NCBI RefSeq assembly: GCF_037042905.1
Contig: NC_087250.1
Span: 14,386,001 to 14,450,000 of the forward strand
DNA length: 64,000 nucleotides
Direction: 5' to 3'
Source: Lytechinus pictus
Lineage: Eukaryota
The first letter of the stretch is position 1; every line of letters begins with the position of its first letter. This document shows positions 26,401-38,400 of the stretch, one piece after another. The position numbers and the translations under genes are program-made. The notes beneath the pieces are model-generated. The model saw only the letters and a list, made by a program, of their open reading frames with translations. It had not been told where the DNA came from and did not search any database.

Positions 26401-29400
26401 TGTAAAACGTAAACGCGCGTGCGGCGCGGCACTAAACCCTCTCGAGACCCCTCGAGACTAAACCTACTAATGTAAGTAAATAAAAGGTAAAAGCCGCCGT
26501 CCGTGGTCACGTACGTGACGTAATTAAAATATCGATGTAGAACCTACTTGTTTAGGGGGTCAATCAAGTGAAAGGTACCGTTTTGTTTCCAATACAAGTT
26601 AAGGGTAGGGTTGCTTTTTGAAACCCCATGGTCACGCCTGGTATCCACTCGTCAATGGAAGTGTCCGGCCCCACCCTCCCCCGGTTGCTAATGCAAAAAA
26701 AAGATAGCTTTGAAAATGGACATACTCGACATGGACTCATCGGAGTATCGCATGAATGAACAGAAGGCTCTTGAACGAAATAATATATGTAGCGCTCTGT
26801 TTAGTCATGTTATTATATTCCGATAAGTGCTCGCCTAAAAGTTTCACGACCCCCCCCCCCCCAAAAAAAAAGAACATAACAAGAAAACAAGGGTTAAAAG
26901 GAAAGATGAAAGCTATAGTGGACTGTTCAATAGTATGTCAAAATCTATCAAAAATTGATAATTTTGTATCTTAAAACGAATTCATAAAATTGCATGTCCA
27001 AAATTTCGCTCGCTCGCATTTGTTTTTAGAACTTTTGCCCCAACCCCATGCTGCAGTATATATGTTTTGTTTTTGTACTGTTAGTTATATCTTTCTTGCT
27101 TTGTATTTCTTTAAACAGTGCAGGACTCTGTTGTAAATTATCCGCTATTTTCAGTGCTTTCAAATCATTTGATAAAAGGTAAGTGATTAATGAGATGTTA
27201 CAAATGCACATAATATGTAGGCCTACATATAAATGATTTCCAATGGACAACCATTCCAATATCACCGATGCACGGAAAATGAATTAGTTTAATATTCAGC
27301 GATTAAAGCAAAGAGCAGTGTTAATGTTCAATGACTTGACAAATCTGCAATTATTTAAATATCCGGTGATCTTACCAATGGGCCAAAGTTTCAATAATCA
27401 ATGTTACCAATATGCAATCATTTTAAGATATAGCGGTTTTAAAACCTAATTTATACAATAATTTGATACAAATGACTTTATTCGAAATGGTTAATTTTCA
27501 TTGATTTTACTATTGTACAAGTTGTACAAAAAAGTATATTAAGTGTTACATATATATGTTAAGGTTATTATTAGCATAACTCGCCGTCGGCTGTATATGC
27601 ATGTGTGTTAAAACATTTCTAAAGGTACCTTGCCCTTGATAAGGCCTATATACACTGCAAAATCTCCGGTGTTTATTTAACAGCAGCCCGGAATCTATAT
27701 CTGTCCACACCAGAGAAGTATTGAAATAACACCAGTTTGGAATCTCAAACCGATGCTGTTTTAATACTAATTGGTGTTGTATAAACACAAATCTGGTGTT
27801 AGACCAAACCAAACTGGTGTTGTTTAACACTTCTCTGGTGTGGACAGATATAGATTCCGGGCTGGTGTTAAATCAACACCGGAGATTTTGCAGTGTACTA
27901 TCCTAACATTATTCTTTAATCATAGATGGTATTGCCACGTGGATGACGACAACTATCTGAATATACCTCAGCTGCTAGCCTTGCTCAGAGGGTATGATCA
28001 CAATCAAGATTATTACCTTGGTCGACCAAGTGTGACACATTCTATAAAAGGCAAAGATCATCTCAAGAATCGGGTAAGACATAATAATGATGATGATAAT
28101 AATAAGCAAATAATAATATTAGTAATAAAGTAATGAAAATAATAATGATGAAATTAAAAAAACAATAATAACGGGGGCATCGTGGTCTAGTGGTTATGAC
28201 TCTCGTCTTTCAATCTGAAGGACATGGGTTCGATTCCCAGCTTCAGCGAGAAATTTACACACATTGTGCTGCACTCAACCTAGGTGAGGTGAATGGGTAC
28301 CCAGAGGAAGAAATTTCTCGAATGCCAGAGCGCCTGCAGCAGCAGCACAGAATTAGCCGGGGTAATAATAATAATATTGTAATGCGCAGTTGAGTATTTT
28401 AACCAAAGACCTTATAATATATTACTAGACCGAAAGCTGCGTGCGCGTTCAGCACAAAACAAATGAGATTAGGCTCCGCCTACCGCGATCATTTGAAGAC
28501 AAAAATAAGCCCTCATTGACATTCATGAGCATGAAGATATTCATAATCCGGCCTTTTCATTGGCTAAGAGCGTCATTAATACGCGATTTCCCCGATTCTT
28601 TGTCATCGATACTAGTGGTATCGTGTTACAGAATTAATTATTCATTTGACCTCATTACGTCATCTAATTTATTCATTATGAAACTTTTCTTTCCACACAA
28701 AAATGGACCTACAAACACTCCGGTGAGTACGTATAAATTGATATAACCACATTAATTCTGTGGACTATTTACACATTTCACACTGTATTTTGTGATCTTA
28801 GGTTATTTCTGTAACTAATTAGAGAGTTTGTTATCATTCTTCTGTTAAAGAAAAGCAGAATTTGGTCTTTGAAATTGAAGTTAGATTGTCATCGTCGCCC
28901 GGCCCAGTGCAGCCTGTATGTTGCTTTTCAGTGGTTATGCCGCTGTGTCAACCACATGTATTTTGTACGGGCTCCTAGCCGGCTGGGCATCGAGAGAAAA
29001 TCGGGCCGGGAGCCAACGATTGATTAAAACAAGAAGAATGAAGCTTATTTTTGTACACTGTATAACGTTAGATCTAGAGGGAGATCTGCATCTATCTTCA
29101 GTAGATCGAGACTCAGTCAGGAATACTGTGAAGCGGAGTGTGGAAGAAGATATGCCTGTCATCATTGTTTCAATCCTCACTAGATTCTCGTCAGTTTCTA
29201 TATCAAATTTATTTTGCATAACTTCAGGCTTCTTCTGCATTTAGCCCCCACCCATTTTAATTCTTATTATTTATATAGTTAGACTCGGTATTATCAATAG
29301 ATCAAGATCTAATTTCTGGTTAACAGAGCCTAGCTAGTCTTTCTTCTTTATTTTACTTTTTAATATCAGTTTATGTTACTTTACTTTTATCCATCGATGC

Positions 29401-32400
29401 TTGTACGTAGATCTAATCATCTATCTGGGCCTACCTAATTCAAATCTAGTCATCTAACTTATACTTTCCCAACCCTCGACACGTACCCCCAGGGCTTAGG
29501 ATCTAGGTCTCTAATTTTAGGCCTAGATGTAGGTCTGGGCCTAAACGACTACATTTACATGAGTATGACTGTCGGTAACCCAGGGGCAGGGAGCTCCCGC
29601 CCGCGCAGCGGGAGCTCCCTGGGTTAGACTGTCGGTGGACCAAGGACTAGATCTAGATGATAGATCTACTCTCGGTCAATAATGGCAATGAAGGTTTAGC
29701 CAGGAATAAAAGTCAGACATCAACAATTTCTAAATCGATATACATCTAGGTAAAGTCACGGAAGGGTTAGCTTTACATTGATCTAGGTCTAGATCTACAC
29801 TGTTGGTCATAATGGTGGAATAATTATTTTTACCCCAGTTTAGGGAAGGATTTAAAAAAATTATTTATTTCTAATAGATCTAGATAATGGCATACATTCT
29901 CAGATTTTATTGAATATTGATTTGCGAGTGTTTCTTTTGCGTGACTGCTAAATCATATGTGTGCTACTATGCTAATCAGCTAGGGAACCTACGTCCTTAA
30001 ATCATAATTGACAGTAATGAGGATTAATGCCTCACAAAAGGGCACTTATATAGCTAATCGACACGATTTTTATCCTGGGGCCTCACAGTAACGAGGCCAT
30101 TACTTAGCCCCTGAATCATGACTGTACGCAGTGTTTGCTAGGGTGCGCGGCCGCCCCCACAAATCCCCCAAAACGAAGAAAATGCAATAAATTGTCAAAA
30201 ATTCATTGCAATTTCCCCCCGCCCCCAACAGGAAAAATTTCTCTGTGTGGCCATGCCTTGAACCATAATGCATGGCCCTACAGAGGAATTTTTCCTGTTG
30301 GGGGCCGGGGGAAAATGCAATAAATTTTTGACAATTTATTGCATTTTCTTCGTTTTGGGGGATTTGTGGAAGGGGCCGCGTACCCTAGCAAACACTGCGT
30401 ACAGTCATGATTCAGGGGCTAAGCAATGGCCTCGTTACTGTGAGGCCCCAGGATAAAAATCGTGTCGATCAGCTATATATCAGTGCCCTTTTGTGAGGCA
30501 TTAATCCTCATTACTGTCAATCATGACTTAAGGACGTAGGTCCCTTAGCTGATTAGCATAGTAACACACATATGATGAAGCAGTCACGCAAAACAAATAC
30601 TCGCAAATTAGTATTCAATAAAATCTGAGAATGTATGCCATTATCTAGATCTATTAGAAATAAATAATTTTTAAAAATCCTTCCCTAAACTGGGGTAAAA
30701 ATAAATATTCCACCTTTATGACCAACAGTGTAGATCGAGAGTCTAGATCTAGACCTTATTTAGATACATGAATGCCGTCACGCAGCACTGATTCTGGTTG
30801 GACTAGATCTATACTTCCTTACAAATAGATCTAGACCTAGTGCATGAGATTATGAAATTATGTTGCTAAAATCAAATGAACTAAGTAAGATTCGGAATAA
30901 AAAGATGCAGATTTTTTTTTTTTTTTTGGGGGGGGGCAGACATGTGAAAAAAATTAGAGAAACCTGAAATTCAGAAAGTGAGGGCCCGAACCTACCAATA
31001 TTGCCTAGGGCTGTTTTTTGCATTTTCTAAAGTAGAATTGAAGGATTTCATGCAATTCTTTTTTTTTATGAAGGTTTTCACATTTCAGCTCCCACCCAAA
31101 CCCCTCCCCCTACACTGTTAGAAAATTTATTCTTAAAATAAAAGAAGTTCCTGCAGCAGAGTCTCGAGAACACCTGTAATTTTACCAGATTGCATAATCT
31201 TACATTATATCATGTAAAATTACAGGAAATTGGTATTTGGTGTATGGAACCTTACAAATTTCCTTACATAAAACACAATTTTCCTCTTTTTAAACAGACC
31301 TGTTCTGTAGAAAACTTCCTGTTTTATGAATTTACAGAACGATTCTGTTATTGCTTTCTGCAAAATCTTGTTTTTTTTCTGTAAAATCAGGGTTTTTTTA
31401 ACAGTGTACATACGGCCATGAAAGAGATCACTTGACACTTATTGTTCTCTCTTTTCTTTCACAAACAGGTTGAGTTTGAAGAACAAGAAAAACAGTAGAG
31501 GTCTACCCAGTACCTATGGTTAAACATGATGATCATAAGTGCATGTATCATTTTGCAGATTCTCATCCAGGTATAAAAGTTAAACTAACCCATAAAAATT
31601 ACAGATACATTACATGCATTGAAATGAATGTTAACCATGTTTACATTAAATAAAAATAACCTGAGCCACTGCTAAGAGGTAGGATCTATACTGAATATAC
31701 ACTTCTTATATATACAGGCTCTCGACTCTCTCGAGTCTAAAATAGAACCAATGCCAAAAGTTATGTACCTTGGGCAAATTTATAAAATAAGGTCATGTCC
31801 TTGATCTACTAAAAAAATTGCCTTTTTATTTCCTATTTGTTTATAAACAAAGCAATATTTATTTTTCATGTTTTATATTTCAGAAAATTCATTTTATTCA
31901 TTCTTTAGTGTGATATTCATATTTCATATTTGTAGATTTACAATTTTTTTTAAATCTTATTATTTTACATTTTGTCCAATAGGATGATGCAGCTCTACAA
32001 TTTCCATGGAGGTGATTGATGATGATAAACAATTGGTGAAGTAGGCCTAATAGAACAGTGATAGGACCACAAAGAGAAATACAACCTACAGCAGTTATAT
32101 GAGTGAGTTAATAAGTGATTATTTTTAATAATGGGGGGTTTTCACAATATTTTTAGGCAACAAATAGACCTGCCTTTGAAGAAAACATTTCAATTCTGTT
32201 TTTAGGTTATAGATAGGTGTCGTTTTTATTCGCAGATCAAAATATTCTGTGCAACAAAACATCATCTTTAATTCTGACTATTATATATAATTTATATATG
32301 TTAATTTATATATTCATATTTATGGGAAATCTCTGACATTTTTTTTTATAGAGTACATGTAGTTATAATGGAGAGTGGTATGCAAACTGCATAGAACAGG

Positions 32401-35400
32401 TTTAAGTGATATGCTTTGTAGAAGTACAAGTTTATAATTAGTAGAAGTAAGATTTCCTATGTTATGTGATGAAGAAATTTATATACCGGTATCGGCGGTA
32501 TGTATAGTCTTACTTTTCTTAAAACATTTATGTTTTACAAATCATGACAATTTTAATTTAAATTCATTGATTTTCTTTCTCTATTTTTTTCAATCTGCAG
32601 GACTGGTGTAACAGATGTTTTCATTCAAGAAACCCAACAAATTGAAAAGTGACTTAGCTTAGGAAGCACTTGATAAAGATGGAAAAGGTTTTTTTTTTTC
32701 AAGTCCAATTTTTTTTTTTTATTATCATCACAACCCCAAATTCATGAAGTATGAAATTTCCTGTCGATTTTCATTAAAACTGGTTGCAAAAGGAAAAGCT
32801 ATAAACATACAAATAGGAGCGGCGAAGTGAAGTTGAAAGTGGGGGGGGGCACAGGGAAAATGCTGTATTATGTGAAATTTTAAAGAAGTTGCGAGAGAGC
32901 AAAATTTTGACATTTTAAAAAAGAAAATCCAATTTTGTGATAGATTTCGACAAAACATTCAGAATGATATATTTCACCCTTTTTTTTTGGGGGGGGGGCA
33001 AGATTCCTTCAAGCCCCCCCCCCCTCCATCTGTAGTGTACGAAACTGCTTATCTACCCCCACTCACATGAATTATTAAACTTAATGCACAAAGGATTTCC
33101 TTATTGTTTTCTTGTTTCAAAGGGCACTCGTCATTCTTTAGGAGCACTTTTCTTGGGTAAAAGGGGGCAGTTATTCGAGAAAGGGCACTTACAAGAAGGC
33201 GAGGGGGTACTTTTTAACACTTAAAACGGGCCCTCAGATGAAAGGGCACAGAACACGTTCGGGGGGCATTTTTTGGTAAAAATTTGCACACAAGGAAGAG
33301 CACTTGGTAACACCTAAAACAGGTTCTCGTCAGGTGAAAGGGACACAGTTCACGTTCGTGAGGGGGCATTTTTCTTACATAAAATTAAAGGCACTTTTCA
33401 GTGCTTCAAAAAGTAGGGGGAACAGTGCCACCCAGGATCGCTGCCCCTGCATACAAAAAACATTTTTGTTCGATTCAAAGTATTAACATACGCTTAAGAA
33501 AAAAAGTAAGGCTAAATCCTCTGATAATGTGATATTTTTTCTGGCTATTAATAAAATTCACAACTAACCAGAAAATGCCTTCATGTCTTTCATTTAATTG
33601 TATTCATATAGTATTTGTACAGAGCTAAAATGAAAGGGATTTGGAATTGGCAAAATTCAAATGAGATGGAGATCGAGAGAGAGAAAGAGTGATGAGAAGG
33701 GCCGGGGGTTGAAAAGAGATGAGAAAGAAATGGAGGGGCACATATGAAGAGATAATTTAGAGGGGGGGGGGGTAAGAGAGCACGAATGGTGGGAAGTAGG
33801 AACAAAGGGGTGGAAGAGAAATAAGACGAGATTTATGGAAACCAGGAGACAGATAACAAGTGGGAAAAGAAGAAGGAAATATATGTAGGAGAAAGGCGGC
33901 ACCAAAATAACGTGAGTGGGAAAATTATTAAATGGAAAAACAGAGCAAGAAATGCTGGAGAATAGAGGGGACAGGAAACGTATTAAACATGATAAACCGG
34001 GGCCCGTTTCATCATGAGTTACAAGTATGGTAATTATGATTGGTATATAGCCGTTACCATCGTAGTTAACTACGATGGTAACTGCTATAACCAATCATAA
34101 TCTAGGTTACCACGGTAATCACAATAACAGCGATGTTTGAATAGCTGTAATTCATTAATTATGAAACGGACGCCAGATGAAGAAAACAGGCACGGGGATC
34201 CTTGAGGGCCGGGGCCGGCCCCTTACGTATTATACCTTGAACAAAAGATTTTTTTTTTTGCTTCTCGAAATTTGTAACAAGAAATGTACTCTATTAGTGG
34301 TGACAGTTATTTTTTTCAGTAACCATACTCAACCAGTGAAAATTACCATCAAATTGTAATAACCATGTTCTGCCCCCACCCGCCCCCCCCCCTAGAAAAA
34401 AAAAAGAAAACAAGACTTTTGGGTCAGTGCAACAACCCCCTTTGATCCGTTCGGCGGCCTCTGCCGGCTATTCAGAGTCTAGATTCAATTCAATTATTTT
34501 ATTTTCCACTTTCAATTTCATATTTACAATTATGATACAATTGACAAAGTAACATATAATCACAATTGAAGTACATACAAAAATTGACAACATTATAAAA
34601 TTACAATAGACAATTATCAAATCGAAATATAAATGATTGAAAGGGAGGGAGGGCCAACTGAAAAGCAGAGCTTGTATAATGTAGGCCCCCCTAATATTGA
34701 TTAATTAATATTGATTCTTTACATTTGTTAAAAACTAAGATTGCTGTATATCTTAACATGCGACAATTTGGGGATGGCAAAAGCACTTGAGACCTCTTTA
34801 ACTAATCACGACTTGAAGACTACTCTTTTCATCTTCCCTTTATAGGCCTATACGACACAATACAAACAATGCTTTGTTTTTAAGTGATATCGATTGTGAT
34901 AACGATACTTTATTGAGCGCAATGTATCGTCTCAGATTTGCGCTTGCTTGATTCGCTGAATCCTTCGCGTCACGAGCGCGTAACAAAATGAATACATTAA
35001 TGAATTTGCCAAGTTGACCTTTGTCATTGCGCTGATGTGCGTATTGTCTAATACACGTACAAAACCACAGTCGACGAGGGAGCATCGTACGAAATTAATA
35101 TTAATGAGGGCTTATTTTAGCTTCTAATGGATTAAACAAAATGGCGGTAGCTTCGGGGGCTTGATTTTAACACAGAAATTGCGCAATATGAATGTGCAAT
35201 TATTATTGTGATTATTATTATTATCATTATCATTATTATAATAATGGTCCAATAATCAAGTAATAATGATAATATAGTAATATAACAATTAATATCAGTA
35301 ATAGTAATAATGAGTGCTTAATGCAGATGTTTCTGAGCTCTCAATTATATGACTATTACAATTACCGGGGTTTTCAAAATAAAAATGTAATCTTAATGAA

Positions 35401-38400
35401 AAAAATGAAACTCAAAGGTTTGCACCTCAATGTAAACCAACCCACAACAGAGTGGAAATATCTAGGCATATTATGTGGTACGTGATTGACAAAGTAAAAA
35501 AAACACGATGTTCAAAATTTTATACAACGCTTTTTATTATATGAACCTTGCGGTGGTAGTTATTTAACAGCTAGTTTAAACAGCCCTGCTTGATTTATGG
35601 CAAATTAAGTATAAAACATAAAACGTTGTTTAATTTAAAGGTGGAGTGAACTGTGTGTGGTCTCTCATTGACTGTGTGTTGTAAATACATAGTCTTAAAA
35701 TAGAGGTTTTCAGATATATATTAATACTTAATTGACCAGGGGTCCGTTGCAGAAAGAGTTGCGTTTAAACGCAAATCCAAAATTCAATCGCAAGTCCCAA
35801 ATGCGCGCTGTTGATTGGTTGAAAATCAAGTTGCACATGATTTTTAGAGTTGCGATTGATTGCAACTCTTTCTGCAACAGGCCCCTGTATTTGTATAGAG
35901 AAACTTAAATGCTTTGAGAGGAAAAGTGATTGTATTGCTACTTGGTAACATAATTATTGCGGTATTTATGTATTGAGTAGTTGATTAGCATGTTATCGTT
36001 TAAGTGGGTCTATATTACTAGACTACACTAGCATTATGGGTCAGGAAACTGGCCAAGGGCCCATTGCAGAAAGAGTTGCAATCAATCGCAACTCCAAAAA
36101 TCATGAGAAACTTGATTTTCAACCAATCAACAGCGCGCATTTTTGACTTGCGATTGATTTTTTGACTTGCGTTTAAACGCAACTCTTTCTGCAACGGGCC
36201 CCAGGTATGAGTAGTTGAAGACTCCAGATGGCGCGATTGGTTAATATCTGCTTTGAAACAATGTGAAAATTGTGAAGGGATATTTTGGACAAATCAATTC
36301 AAGGAATTATGTTAACTGCTGATCTTATGGAATATTTTATTTTTTATTTTGTCGAATTTTAGGTGCGCAGGGATACGAAGTAAATATTGCTCATGCAGCA
36401 TTCACAAATTTCAAGTTTGTTCAAGGCTGTCTGACTTTGTTTGTATGCAGTTTCGAGAGATACAGCCCAGTCAAGTAACGATTCCCTCGTCTATGACTCG
36501 GGCATAGAATAGAACCAGAGCAATTACTGTGTCTCCGTCAAGGCTATAGTCCATTGTTATCATTATTTGAACTTGCTTATTGAGAAACCGTCCAATTATT
36601 AATGCAAGCTATTGTCTTTCATTTTTTTGTCATTTTTTAAATAATTTTTTGTTTATTGATTTATCTTTTTTTAGTCTGCCGAGTTCTGGTTTGGCACCGG
36701 AGGAGCAGGAGTTTGCTATAGTAAGGCGTTAGTACCGAAGATGATGCCTTATGCGAGGTATATTACGAATCCGTTTATTCGTGACATTATGATAGATATG
36801 AATTAATGTGAAGCATGTTATAAAGAACATCTGTTCATAACTAGATGTCAGATCCGATTTTCACAACACATCAATCATTATATAATCATTCAATTATTTC
36901 CAAAGATTGAAATCAAATCATGTTTAGACTATGAAATTGCAATTGTGAAATATGTATTCATGTTTTATTTTTTTGATTCTATTTTTATTTTATTCAACAG
37001 TCGTGGAAAGTTTGGAAAAACATGCGCTAGAGCGGGTCGTCCTGATGATATGACTATTGGTTTCATAGTAGGTAAGCTTCTAAGAAAGGAGGAGTGGAGC
37101 GCATGCACGTTGTCTCTAGACTAGTTGACTACATGCATACATTATAAATAGCCAGTATTTAAATATACAGTTCAAGATAAATTAGTTATACACGTCAGGG
37201 GCCGCGGATGGGGGGGGGGGGGCTGACCATGCAAAAAAATCACAATCATATGGTAATTTTTACGGTTTTGTACACGGTTTTTGAAAAAAAAAGTGGGGGG
37301 GGCTGCAAGCCCCCCACCACCTCCCCCCCCCCCCCCCCCCGCTTCCGCGGCCCCTGCATGTTATGAATTATCCTAATTATTGTAAGTAGAGAAGCTAAAT
37401 TTTATGAGAAGAAACTAGGCCTACTTGTTTATAGAATCATAATTACTGTGGTATGAATTCATTTAGTTGATTCTAGTGAATTAGTTGTCATTCAAATGGG
37501 CGTATATTACAAAACTACACTGGTCAGAATGTTGCATTATGGGAGGGGAATCTGACCAGATTTGAGTAGTTGAGGCGTTTAGGGGCGCTATGCAGTGCTG
37601 CTGAACTACAACCGGAGCTAAAAGTGAAATGTAAAAGTAAAAGTGACAAACTATATGGAACCCCATAAGCTACAGAACACAGATTAAAAAATGTAAAAGT
37701 GTGTCTATTTGATACTCTTCTTATTATTACTTCCCCTTCCTCTTAATTCAAGGGGAAAAAAAACAATACTCAACAATCATGGTATGGTACTTTTTATATC
37801 AGCTGAAAGTTCTTTTTAGTAAGGCCGTAAGCGATGCAAAGGAATACCAAACGAAAACACAATTAAAAAACATCAAAATAATACATATAAAACAAAATTG
37901 CAATTAGCAAAAACATGAAAAGGAAATGGAATAATATACAGAGTAAATATTAAAATTCAACAAAAAAGGTAAATGAATCCATACGACAGATTTGGTATAA
38001 GAAAGTGATATGAAAAGTGTAAATGTTTGCCTTTTTTCTAATCGGATTGTTGCGGGTAGGTTATTGAAGCTTAAAGGGGAAGTTCGCCCTAAGATTATTG
38101 TAAAAATAGCAAAAAAATGTTTTAAAAAATATTGCCGAAGGTTTGAGAAAGATCCATCAAAGAATTCTAATTATTTGATTTGTGATGTCACATGCGAGCA
38201 GCATTCCTACATAGTGACTGGTAAAAAAATAAATCATCAGGAACCATTAAAAATGAAATTCATGCATTTTATATCACATTACATATGGGGCAGCTGCTCG
38301 TTTATGACGTCACAAATCAAAAAATTAGAATTCTATTAACTTTTTTAATCCTTAACGGATTTTCCTCAAACCGTTACAAATAATTATTATTTTTTTCTGC

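Larger units (their letters stand above)
23883..26683. mobile_element. Host TIR element carrying nested insertions
   Basis: ggggcc..cacttccattgaagagtgaata at left; tatccactcgtcaatggaagtg..ggcccc at right. Confidence 0.65.

Noticed and set aside
28173..28245. tRNA gene
   Set aside because: A and B boxes are present but the acceptor stem is not closed, and it continues into a SINE core and (AAT)n tail; same for 51510 and 55365
28918..29244. Overlapping 108-aa and 101-aa ORFs
   Set aside because: No recognisable domain or splice context; likely chance ORFs
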